From an uncultured Acidobacteriota bacterium (GTDB lineage: Bacteria > Acidobacteriota > Thermoanaerobaculia > Multivoradales > UBA5704): a DNA stretch of 64,000 nt. The stretch covers positions 4,672,001-4,736,000 of the forward strand of contig OY969474.1 of assembly GCA_963700145.1 (NCBI GenBank). The letters are read 5' to 3'. Positions 38,608 to 49,284 of this stretch are shown here, in pieces. The number at the start of each line of letters is the position of its first letter. The first letter of the stretch is position 1. Position numbers and translations under genes: made by a program. The notes under the pieces are model-generated. The model was not told the origin of the DNA, did no database searches, and saw nothing but the letters and a program-made list of their open reading frames with translations.

Positions 38608-39477
38608 CTAGAGCTCTTCTAGAAGACGACGCTGAGCGGGGGTCGGCTCGGTGATTCGTGAACCTTGGCGGAGGGTTTCGCGCGCCAGGAGGCGAATCAG
38701 GGGCTCGGCTTCTGGGATCGTGGCGGCTAGGGCTTCTAGTTGCTTGAGCAGGGTTTCGGCGTCGCCTCTGGCGGCGGGGCCGGTTAGGGCGCTGGCTGGG
38801 TCGGCGGCTGCGGTGGCGGCTTCCAGGGCGCTGCGGGTCAGGGATCGGTAGCCTTGGCTCACTTCGGGGGGGAGGTCTAGGCGCTGGGCCAGGTCGTGGG
38901 CCAGGGCCAGGAGGGTGACGACGCCGCCGGCGGCTAGGCTGGCGGCCAGGTGGTAGAGGGGGCGGGCGGTGGGGGGGACTTCTACGGGGACTCCTTGCCA
39001 GGCGATGGCCAGGCGGCGGGCTAAGGCGATTGCAGCGTCGTCGCCGTCGATCGCGAAGACGGCGCCGCTCGCTGCGATTGCCGGGAGCGGGCGGGGGAAG
39101 GCTAGGAGGGGGTGGAGGGAGCCGACGGCGGTGCCGGCGGTGCGGAGGGGGGCGAGGGCCTCGGCGTCGCGGCTGCCGGAGGTGTGGAGGGCGACGGCGG
39201 CCTGGGGGCGGCGGGCGAGGTCGGCGGCGGCTGTGGCGAGCGCGGGGTCGGGGACGGCGACGAGGAGGAGGACGTGGCCGGCGGAGGAGAGGTCGCCGGG
39301 GGGCACCGCCTCGGCGCCCATCTCGCGCGCCAGATCGGAACCGGTGCCCGAGGGCGAGATGGCGACCGTGACGAGCCGCGCGCCGGCGGCGACGGCCCAG
39401 CGGGCGAGGCTCTCGCCGACGCGGCCGGGGCCGAGGAGGGCGAGGGTCAGGCCCTGGAGCGGGGCGGATTCGTTCAC
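38608..39477 (-). CDS. Rossmann-like + DUF2520 domain protein
   Basis: GPGRVG, VAVPD, HTSG, LHPL, YHLAA, LTGPAARGD. Confidence 0.85.
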   Translation of the reverse strand: MNESAPLQGLTLALLGPGRVGESLARWAVAAGARLVTVAISPSGTGSDLAREMGAEAVPPGDLSSAGHVLLLVAVPDPALATAAADLARRPQAAVALHTSGSRDAEALAPLRTAGTAVGSLHPLLAFPRPLPAIAASGAVFAIDGDDAAIALARRLAIAWQGVPVEVPPTARPLYHLAASLAAGGVVTLLALAHDLAQRLDLPPEVSQGYRSLTRSALEAATAAADPASALTGPAARGDAETLLKQLEALAATIPEAEPLIRLLARETLRQGSRITEPTPAQRRLLEEL

Positions 39478-39496
39478 TGGGTTACAATTATGACCC

Positions 39497-39523
39497 TTAG
39501 CACTCTCCCGTCGTGAGTGCTAA
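39497..39523 (+). promoter_or_regulatory. CIRCE element (HrcA operator)
   Basis: Perfect TTAGCACTC-N9-GAGTGCTAA upstream of hrcA, with a -10-like TACAAT at 39483-39488. Confidence 0.97.
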
Positions 39524-39549
39524 AGCCCGACGAGAAAAGCCGAGCGAGC

Positions 39550-40620
39550 ATGACCGCAACCCAGCCCCCGCGCCAGCTGAGCCCCCGCGACCGGGAGATT
39601 CTGCGCGACGTGATCGTCGCCTACATCCTCTCGGCCGAGCCGGTGTCTTCGCGCTCGGTGTCGAAGCAGGGGCGGCTGGGCCTCTCGGCGGCCACGATCC
39701 GCAACGTCATGGCCGACCTGGAGGAGTGGGGCTACCTGGCGCAGCCGCACACCTCAGCCGGGCGGGTGCCGACGCGCGCCGCCTACCACCTCTTCATCGA
39801 GTCGCTGATGCAGGCGCGGCGCCTGCCGGCGCGGGAGCGGCGCTACATCGACGAGTCGCTCCAGTCGTCGCCCGCCGACGCCGGTCAGATCATGGAGTCG
39901 GCCACCAAGCTCCTCTCCGAGCTGTCGCACCAGGTGGGGATCGTGGTCACCCCGGCGCTCGGCGAGACGGTGCTCAAGGCGATCAACTTCCTGCCGCTCT
40001 CCGGGCGGCGGGTGCTCTGCGTCGTGGTCTCGGGCGACGGCTTCGTGGACAACAAGGTGATCGAGAGCGAAGAGGAGCTGCCGCGCGAGGAGCTGGTGCG
40101 GATCGGCAATTACCTGACCGAGAACTTCGCCGGCGCCACGCTGCGCGAGATCCGCGCCCGGCTGCTGGCGCTGATGGCCGAGGAGCGGGCGCAGATGGAC
40201 CGGCTGCTCGCCCGCTCGATCGAGCTGGCGCGGGCCGGCCTGTCGCTGGAGCAGCGGCAGGGTGTGCTCCTCGACGGCACGCGCGAGGTGCTCAACCAGC
40301 CCGAGCTGGCCGACATCGGCCGGGTGCGGCGCCTCTTCGAGACCTTCGCCGACAAGGCGCGCCTGGTCGCGCTGCTGAGCCAGTGCCTGCGCGGCAACGG
40401 CGTGCGGGTGGTGATCGGCGACGACAGCGCGCTGACCTCGGAGCTCGACTTCAGCCTGGTGGCGACCGGCTACGGCGTCGGCGAGCGGCCGCTGGGGGCG
40501 CTGGCGATCTTCGGTCCGTCGCGGATGGAGTACGAGCGGGTGATCCCGCTCGTCGACTACTTGGGAGAGCGCCTGTCGCGGGCGCTGGCCGAGAGCTTCG
40601 CCGGCGACGCGCGGACCTAG
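39550..40620 (+). CDS. hrcA: Heat-inducible transcription repressor HrcA
   Basis: EPVSSR, SAATIRNVMADLE, QPHTSAGRVPT, GPSRMEY; follows the CIRCE. Confidence 0.95.
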   Translation: MTATQPPRQLSPRDREILRDVIVAYILSAEPVSSRSVSKQGRLGLSAATIRNVMADLEEWGYLAQPHTSAGRVPTRAAYHLFIESLMQARRLPARERRYIDESLQSSPADAGQIMESATKLLSELSHQVGIVVTPALGETVLKAINFLPLSGRRVLCVVVSGDGFVDNKVIESEEELPREELVRIGNYLTENFAGATLREIRARLLALMAEERAQMDRLLARSIELARAGLSLEQRQGVLLDGTREVLNQPELADIGRVRRLFETFADKARLVALLSQCLRGNGVRVVIGDDSALTSELDFSLVATGYGVGERPLGALAIFGPSRMEYERVIPLVDYLGERLSRALAESFAGDART

Positions 40621-41257
40621 CAGGGAGGCGGAATGGCGGACGAACGGGACCCGCGGCGGACGGATGCCCTCGAGGTGGGGGAGATCGACCTCGACCTCGA
40701 GGAGGCGATGGGCGACAGCGCGACCGCGGTGGACGTGATCGGCCCAGCGGTGGCCAGCGGGAGCGGAGAGCCGGCGGCCGCCGGCTCTCCGGGCGCCGAA
40801 GGCGCCCAAAGCTCCGATACTGACCTCCGGCGCGAGAACGCCGAGCTCCGCGAGCGCCTGCTGCGCGCCCTCGCCGACTTCGAGAACCAGCGCAAGCGGA
40901 CGGACCGGGAGCGACAGGACCTGCGCCGCTACGCCCTCTTCGACACCATGCGCGACCTCGTCGCCGTGACCGACAACCTGGAGCGGGCGGCGGCGGCCGG
41001 CGGCGCGGTCGAGGACCTGAAGGCCGGGGTCGACATGATCCTCCAGCAGATGCGCGAGACCCTGCGCCGCCACGGCGTCACCGCCGTCGAGGCGGTGGGG
41101 CGCCCCTTCGACCCGGCCGAGCACGAGGCGGTGACGCGCGAGGAGGACCCCGCGGTAAGCTCTCCCGTCGTCACCGCAGAGCTGCAGCGCGGCTACAAGA
41201 TGCACGACCGGCTGCTCCGCCCCGCCATGGTGAGGGTGTCGGTGCCGGCCGAACGCG

Positions 41258-43084
<1,827 letters not shown>

Positions 43085-43090
43085 TCGGCG

Positions 43091-44203
43091 ATGGCCGCCA
43101 AGCGCGACTACTACGAGGTGCTGGGCGTGACGCGCACGGCGGGCGAGCGCGAGATCAAGACCGCCTACCGCAAGCTCGCCGTCACTTACCACCCGGACCG
43201 CAACGCGGGGGACAAGGAGGCCGAGGAGCGGTTCAAGGAGGCTGCCGAGGCCTACTCCATCCTCTCCGACCCCGACAAGCGCGCCCGTTACGACCGCTTC
43301 GGCCACCAGGGCGTGGCCGCGAGCGGCGGCTTCGACCCGACGATCTTCGCCGACTTCTCCGACATCCTGGGCGACCTCTTCGGCTTCGGCGACCCCTTCG
43401 GCCGGCGGCGCGGCGGCGGCGGACCGGCGCGCGGCGCCGACCTGCGCTACGACCTGACGCTGAGCTTCGAGGAGGCGGTCTTCGGCGTCGAGAAGGAGCT
43501 GCGCATCCCGCGCCTCGAGGGCTGCGAGGCCTGCCGCGGCACCGGCAGCGCCGGCGGCACCGAGCCGGCCCTCTGCCAGGCCTGCGGCGGCCGCGGCCAG
43601 GTGCGCTACACGCAGGGGTTCTTCACCGTCGCCCGCACCTGCCCGCAGTGCAGCGGCGAAGGGCGGGTGGTCACCGACCCCTGCCGCGAGTGCCGCGGCG
43701 ACGGCCGGGTGGAGCGCGAGCGCATGCTTTCGGTCAAGGTGCCGGCCGGCGTCGACAGCGGCGCCCGCCTCCGCCTGACCGGCGAGGGGGAGCACGGCAA
43801 ACAGGGCGGGCCGCCGGGGGACCTCTACGTCGTCCTCAAGGCGCGGCCGCACCCGCGCCTCAAGCGCGACGGCTCGACCGTCTACGGCCGCGTCGCCGTC
43901 GCCTATCCGCAGGCGGTCCTCGGGGCGACGGTCGAGGTCGAGACCGTGCACGGCCCCTCGACGCTCGACGTCCCGCCCGGCACCCAGCACGGCCGCGAGT
44001 TCCGCCTGCGCGGCCAGGGCGTCCAGCGCTTCGACGGCAACGGCCGCGGCGACCACGTAGCGGTCGTCGAGGTCGAGGTGCCGCACCCGCGCAACCTCTC
44101 CGACGAGGAACAGGAGCACCTCCGCCGCCTCGCCGAGCTCTCCGACCGCCCGGTGCGCGAAGAGCGGAAGGTCTTCGACCGGGTCAAGAACCTGTTCGGG
44201 TAG
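43091..44203 (+). CDS. dnaJ: Chaperone DnaJ
   Basis: J domain with HPD and four CxxCxGxG motifs. Confidence 0.95.
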   Translation: MAAKRDYYEVLGVTRTAGEREIKTAYRKLAVTYHPDRNAGDKEAEERFKEAAEAYSILSDPDKRARYDRFGHQGVAASGGFDPTIFADFSDILGDLFGFGDPFGRRRGGGGPARGADLRYDLTLSFEEAVFGVEKELRIPRLEGCEACRGTGSAGGTEPALCQACGGRGQVRYTQGFFTVARTCPQCSGEGRVVTDPCRECRGDGRVERERMLSVKVPAGVDSGARLRLTGEGEHGKQGGPPGDLYVVLKARPHPRLKRDGSTVYGRVAVAYPQAVLGATVEVETVHGPSTLDVPPGTQHGREFRLRGQGVQRFDGNGRGDHVAVVEVEVPHPRNLSDEEQEHLRRLAELSDRPVREERKVFDRVKNLFG

Positions 44204-44223
44204 ATCTGTTGGGGGGTGTCCGC

Positions 44224-46002
44224 ATGAGACGTCCGATCCGGCTCGCCGTCTACCTGCTCGTCGCCTTCCCGCTCCTGGCGTCGGCCGCGTCGCCGCCCGA
44301 GGAGCTCCCCGCGGTCGAGATGCTCTGGGGGGTGCGCATCCCGATGCGCGACGGGGTGCACTTGAACGCCACCGTCTTCAAGCCGCGCGAGATGCCGAAG
44401 CCGCTGCCGGTCGTCTTCACGCTGACGCCGTACATCGCCGACACCTACCAGGATCGCGCCCTCTACTTCGCGCAGCACGGCTACGTCTTCGCCCTGGTGG
44501 ACGTGCGCGGGCGCGGCAACTCGGAGGGACGGTTCACGCCCTTCGCCCAGGAGGCGCACGACGGGCACGACGTCGTCGAGTGGCTGGCGCGCCAGCCCTG
44601 GGCCAACGGCAAGGTGGCGATGTGGGGAGGCTCCTACGCCGGCTACGACCAGTGGGCGACGGCCAAGGAGCTCCCGCCGCACCTCGCGACGATCGTGCCG
44701 GCCGCCGCCGCCCATCCCGGCGTCGACTTCCCCTTCTTCAAGAACGTCTACTCCTCCTACATCATGCAGTGGCTGACCTTCACCAGCGGGGTCACGCCCA
44801 ACGCCAAGCTCTTCGGCCTCTCGCCGTTCTGGATCGAGAGCTTCCGCGCCCTCTACCTCGACCACCGCCCCTACCGCGAGCTGGCGGGCGCGGTCGGCAA
44901 CGCCTCGACCGTTTTCGAGGACTGGCTGAGGCACCCGACGCCGGACGCCTACTGGGACGCGATGGCGCCGACGCCCGAGCAGTACGCGAAGCTGAAGCTG
45001 CCGATCCTCACCATTACCGGCCACTACGACGGCGACCAGCCTGGCGCGCTCCACTTCTACCGCCAGCACATGCGGCACGGGACGAAGGCGGCGCGCGACC
45101 GCCACTACCTGATCATGGGCCCCTGGGACCACGCCGGCACGCGCACGCCGCAGAAGTCGTTCGGCGGCCTGACCTTCGGCGACGCCAGCGTCCTCGACCT
45201 CAACGACCTCCACCGCCAGTGGTACGACTGGACGATGAAGGACGGCAAGCGCCCGGAGTTCCTGAAGACGCGCGTCGCCTACTACGTGGCCGGGATCGGA
45301 TCTGAGGAGTGGAAGCGCGCCGACGACTTCGAGGAGATCGCCAAGGAGCGGCGCACCCTCTACCTCGACTCGCCCGGCGGGCGCGCCGGAGATGCCTTCC
45401 AGTCCGGGAGCCTGGGGCCGGAGAAGCCGGCGGCCGGCTCGGCGCCCGACCGCTACGTCTACGACCCGCTCGACACCCGGCCGGCGGAGATGGAGAAGGA
45501 GGACGTCGAGGCCTACCTCACCGACCAGCGCTACGCCCTGAACCTGAACGGCAACGGGCTCGTCTACCACAGCGCGCCGTTCGCCGAGGCGACCGAGATC
45601 TCCGGGCAGCCGCGGCTCGAGCTGTGGATGGCGCTCGACGTCCCGGACACGGATTTCGCCGTCTCGCTCTACGAGATCGAGCCGACCGGCCGCAGCATCT
45701 CCCTCGCCGACGACATCCTGCGGGCGCGCTACCGGGAGTCGCTGCGCGAGGAGAAGCTGGTGACCCCCGGCGCGATCGAGCGCTACACCTTCGACAGCTT
45801 CTTCTGGTTCTCGCGCCGGATCGGGAAGGGGAGCCGCCTGCGCTTGGTGGTGCGCTCGCCCAACACGATCCAGCTGCAGAAGAACTACAACGTCGGCGGC
45901 GTGGTGGCCGAGGAGTCGGGCAAGGACGCGCGCACCGCCCATGTCACCCTCTACCACGACGCCGAGCACCCGAGCCTGCTCGAATTGCCGATCGGCAAGT
46001 AG
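44224..46002 (+). CDS. CocE/NonD family hydrolase (secreted)
   Basis: Signal peptide, MRDGV, TPY, DVRGRGNS, GGSYAG, GPWDH. Confidence 0.9.
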   Translation: MRRPIRLAVYLLVAFPLLASAASPPEELPAVEMLWGVRIPMRDGVHLNATVFKPREMPKPLPVVFTLTPYIADTYQDRALYFAQHGYVFALVDVRGRGNSEGRFTPFAQEAHDGHDVVEWLARQPWANGKVAMWGGSYAGYDQWATAKELPPHLATIVPAAAAHPGVDFPFFKNVYSSYIMQWLTFTSGVTPNAKLFGLSPFWIESFRALYLDHRPYRELAGAVGNASTVFEDWLRHPTPDAYWDAMAPTPEQYAKLKLPILTITGHYDGDQPGALHFYRQHMRHGTKAARDRHYLIMGPWDHAGTRTPQKSFGGLTFGDASVLDLNDLHRQWYDWTMKDGKRPEFLKTRVAYYVAGIGSEEWKRADDFEEIAKERRTLYLDSPGGRAGDAFQSGSLGPEKPAAGSAPDRYVYDPLDTRPAEMEKEDVEAYLTDQRYALNLNGNGLVYHSAPFAEATEISGQPRLELWMALDVPDTDFAVSLYEIEPTGRSISLADDILRARYRESLREEKLVTPGAIERYTFDSFFWFSRRIGKGSRLRLVVRSPNTIQLQKNYNVGGVVAEESGKDARTAHVTLYHDAEHPSLLELPIGK

Positions 46003-46056
46003 CGAAGGCCAGGCAAGCAGCGGCAGACGGCACGCGCGTAGGAAACGGATAGGCAC

Positions 46057-46147
46057 GTCATCCTGAGCGAAGCGAAGGATCTGGGTGGGGGAAGGTGCGG
46101 TGACGACGCGGCCCCCGCCCAGATTCTTCGCTTCGCTCAGAATGACA
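46057..46147. repeat. REP doublet (inverted pair)
   Basis: GTCATCCTGAGCGAAGCGAAGGATCT ... AGATTCTTCGCTTCGCTCAGAATGACA. Confidence 0.8.
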
Positions 46148-46154
46148 AGGGGCG

Positions 46155-46991
46155 ATGGGTTACCTGCGACGCACCTTCCTAGTGCCTGCCGCGCTCGAGG
46201 ATCTCTTCACGGCCAGCCTCTGGGCCGCAGGCACGCTTGGCGCCGAGGTCCAGCCGGTGCCGGACGGCAGCGTGCGGGTCGACGCGTGGTTCGCGCCGGA
46301 CGCCCTTCCTGTCCCTCTCTCACCTGAAATCCAACTGCTCGGCGAGCAATCCGTCCCCGACGCCGACTGGCTGGCCTCCTGGCGCGAGGCCGCGCGCCCT
46401 TTCCCGCTCGGCGCCTCCTTCTTCGTCGATCCACGCGAGCCGGGCGGCGAGCCGGTCGAGGCGCCCGCCGGCCGGCGCCTGCTCCGCCTGCCGGCCCGCG
46501 CCGCCTTCGGCACCGGCAGCCACGAGTCCACGTCCCTGGCCGTCGAGCTACTGGAGGACGTCGAGCTGGCGGGCAAGCGGGTGCTTGACGTCGGCACCGG
46601 CACCGGCGTCCTCGCCTTCGCGGCGCTGGCGCGCGGTGCGGCGGACGCGGTGGCCTTCGACCTCGACCTCGCCGCGCCCTTCCACGCCCGCGACAACGCC
46701 CGGCTCAACGGCTTCCGCCTGCATCTCTTCGCCGGCACGGTCGCCGCCTTGCGCGAGAGCGCGCGCTTCGACTTGGCGGTCGCCAACATGGTGCCGGAGG
46801 AGCTTCTTCCGGAGCTTGCGGCGATCGCGCGGCGGCTGGCGCCCGGCGGCGAGGTCATTCTGTCGGGCATCCTGGAAGAGCGGGGCGGGGACGTGCTGGA
46901 GCGCGGCGCGACGCTGGGGCTCGTCGAGCGGGCGCGGCGCAAGGCGGGGCAGTGGGCGGCCTTCCGGCTGCGACGCGAGGACACGGCGTGA
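46155..46991 (+). CDS. prmA: Ribosomal protein L11 methyltransferase
   Basis: AFGTGSHEST, VLDVGTGTGVL, LSGI; downstream of dnaJ. Confidence 0.9.
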   Translation: MGYLRRTFLVPAALEDLFTASLWAAGTLGAEVQPVPDGSVRVDAWFAPDALPVPLSPEIQLLGEQSVPDADWLASWREAARPFPLGASFFVDPREPGGEPVEAPAGRRLLRLPARAAFGTGSHESTSLAVELLEDVELAGKRVLDVGTGTGVLAFAALARGAADAVAFDLDLAAPFHARDNARLNGFRLHLFAGTVAALRESARFDLAVANMVPEELLPELAAIARRLAPGGEVILSGILEERGGDVLERGATLGLVERARRKAGQWAAFRLRREDTA

Positions 46992-47686
46992 CGACCCTAC
47001 TCGTCTCACCCGAGCTGTTCGCCGGCGCCGAGCTGCGCGTCGAGGGCGACCCCTACCGCCACCTCTTCCGCGCCCGGCGGCTGGCCGCCGGCGAGCGCCT
47101 GCGGGTGGTGGACGGCCGCGGCCGCGCCCGCTGGGCCGAGGTGGCGCGGGTGAACCGGAGCGGAGCGAGCCTCGCGCTCGGCGAGCCCGCCCCCGCGAAC
47201 GAGCCGCCATTCCGGCTCGAGCTCCTGGTTGCCGTCTTCCGCCCCGAGCGGGCGGCCTGGCTGGTCGAGAAGGCGACGGAGGTGGGTGTCGCCGCCGTCC
47301 GCTTCCTCCACACCGAGCGGGCGCCGCGCACCTTCGGCGCCGGCACCCTCGAGCGGCTGCGCCGCGTCGCCGCCGCCGCCGTCGAGCAGTGCGGCCGCTC
47401 GCTCCTGCCGGAGGTGACCGGCGTCCACGCCTGGAGCGAGCTGGAGCGCCTGGTCGCCGCCCTCCCGGACCGCCGCGTCCTCGACACCGCCGCCGAAGGG
47501 AGCGGCTGGCGCGAGCCGTCCGCCGCCGCCGGCGCCCTCCTCGTCGGCCCCGAAGGCGGCTGGACCGACGCCGAGCGCGCCGCCGCCCGCGCCCTCGCCT
47601 TCACCCCCGCCGCCCTCGGCTCCCGCACCCTCCGCACCGAAACCGCCGCCCTCGCCGGCGCCGCGCGGCTGCTGCTCGCGAGCTAG
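46988..47686 (+). CDS. rsmE: 16S rRNA m3U1498 methyltransferase
   Basis: EKATEVG, AVEQCGR, VGPEGG, LGSRTLRTETA; the GTG start overlaps the prmA stop. Confidence 0.92.
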   Translation: MTTLLVSPELFAGAELRVEGDPYRHLFRARRLAAGERLRVVDGRGRARWAEVARVNRSGASLALGEPAPANEPPFRLELLVAVFRPERAAWLVEKATEVGVAAVRFLHTERAPRTFGAGTLERLRRVAAAAVEQCGRSLLPEVTGVHAWSELERLVAALPDRRVLDTAAEGSGWREPSAAAGALLVGPEGGWTDAERAAARALAFTPAALGSRTLRTETAALAGAARLLLAS

Positions 47687-47700
47687 GCCTTGGGGGGCCT

Positions 47701-48756
47701 CTAGAGGCCGGCGGAGAGACCGGCCGCCCCGAGACGGTCGCGGAGGTCAGCGGGCAGCCGCGCGAGCTCGGCGGAGATGTCACGGCGCGGTCCGGCATTC
47801 GGTGTCAGACCGCTCCACGCCAAAGCCAGGTCCTGCGGCCGGTCCTCGGCCAGCACTTCGAGCAGCGCGACCGCCTGGCGACGGTCCTTCGCCGCCCGGA
47901 CCTGCTGCGCGGCCGGCCGCCGGCGGGCAGTCCACAGTTTGTGCAGGGCGAAGCGGGCGGGCGTCGGGATCTGGACGAGCACCGGCTCGCCGCCGACGAC
48001 CACCGCCGGTGCGGTCTCGGCGAGCAGGTAGCCGAGGAAGGGAAGCGGCTGGGCGGCGATGCCGAGAGAGGGGATGGCGACCGGCGTCCCCTCACGCCTT
48101 CGAGCGCGGGCCGGCACCAGGAAGTCGACGCGCAGCTCGCGGCCGCGGATCTTGAACGAGGTCGAGGGAGCGGCCGGGTCCAAGCCCGGAACCGGAAAGA
48201 AGCCGAGCCCCGATTCGAGAAGCGAGCGTCCGACGTCGGCCCGCTCGGCGAGAGCGACGTCGATCGCTGGATCATGAGCGATGTCGATGTCCTGCGTTTG
48301 CAGAATCTGTTGGTCGAAACGGACGCCGAGCAGGTTTCCCAGGGCCGTGAAGGCCCGCGTCCCCACAAGGACGCCCCCCCGCCTGAAAACGCCCGCGTCG
48401 CCGAGCAGGCGAAGCACTTCAACCGCCGCTCTCGACTCCGTGAAGGCACCCCCGCGCGCCAGCATGCCGGCGAGACGCACGCGGACTTCGCGGTCGGGGG
48501 TCATCGCCGCGCGACGATCCGTCACCCGACGCATCCAATCGAGGAGCTTCGAGGTCTCGGGTCCGAGGTAGTGCTGCCGCTTGGCGGCGCCGCGGGCGAC
48601 CTGGAGGTACCAATACCGCGCACCCTTGATCTCCTTCGAGACGAAGGTGCCCGGCGGCAGCTCCGCGGCGACTCTCTCCGCCTCCGCCTGGAGGGCGTGG
48701 TCCAGAAGCTCGGAGTAGAGCACCTGGACGCTCTCGGGCAATCGCTGGGTCGGCAT
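47701..48756 (-). CDS. GSU2403-type nucleotidyltransferase-fold protein
   Basis: RYWY, LVGTRAF, TQDIDIA, VDFL, PARFALHKL, KDRRQA. Confidence 0.75.
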   Translation of the reverse strand: MPTQRLPESVQVLYSELLDHALQAEAERVAAELPPGTFVSKEIKGARYWYLQVARGAAKRQHYLGPETSKLLDWMRRVTDRRAAMTPDREVRVRLAGMLARGGAFTESRAAVEVLRLLGDAGVFRRGGVLVGTRAFTALGNLLGVRFDQQILQTQDIDIAHDPAIDVALAERADVGRSLLESGLGFFPVPGLDPAAPSTSFKIRGRELRVDFLVPARARRREGTPVAIPSLGIAAQPLPFLGYLLAETAPAVVVGGEPVLVQIPTPARFALHKLWTARRRPAAQQVRAAKDRRQAVALLEVLAEDRPQDLALAWSGLTPNAGPRRDISAELARLPADLRDRLGAAGLSAGL

Positions 48757-48787
48757 TCGCTCCGTCCGGCGTCCGGCGTCCGGCCGT

Positions 48788-48823
48788 CGTTATACGCAGG
48801 ATCATCATACCTTGCGTATAACG
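48788..48823. promoter_or_regulatory. Perfect 11-bp inverted repeat upstream of the nucleotidyltransferase-fold gene
   Basis: CGTTATACGCA-N14-TGCGTATAACG. Confidence 0.6.
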
Positions 48824-48852
48824 CCGGCGAAGCCTCCGGTAGTGCCCTAGCT

Positions 48853-49284
48853 CTAGGGTCGGAGCAGCGCTAGCCCGGTCTCTTCGTCGGGCACGCGCTG
48901 GAGGTGCTCGGGCAGCTCGCTGAGGATCACTTCCAGGGTCGGCCAGACGTGCGCCGCGAGGAGGTGGCCGCCGTGCGCGGTGCCGTCGCGCTTGCCGACG
49001 ACGACGTGCGCGTGGACCTGCGGCGCGCCCTCCTTGAGGGAGATGTTGCCGGCCAGTGAGAGGACCTCGACCTGCTCGCCGACGGGGATCTCTTCGTAGG
49101 TGCGCTTGGCGCGGTCGAAGAAGCCGAGCGTGGCGCCGGAGAACGCGCCGATGGCGGTGAAGTGGCCGGCGGTCAGCCGCTGCTCGCGCGCGAAGCCTTG
49201 CAGCCCGGCGATCGCCTCCTCGCCGGGCTCGAAGACCAGGACGAACGTCCGCCGCGCCCCTTCGCCGATCCGCTTCGATCTCAT
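48853..49284 (-). CDS. PPC domain (DUF296) protein
   Basis: Start MRSKRI overlaps the upstream stop; EVLSLAGNI, HAHVVVG, GGHL, PTLE. Confidence 0.85.
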   Translation of the reverse strand: MRSKRIGEGARRTFVLVFEPGEEAIAGLQGFAREQRLTAGHFTAIGAFSGATLGFFDRAKRTYEEIPVGEQVEVLSLAGNISLKEGAPQVHAHVVVGKRDGTAHGGHLLAAHVWPTLEVILSELPEHLQRVPDEETGLALLRP

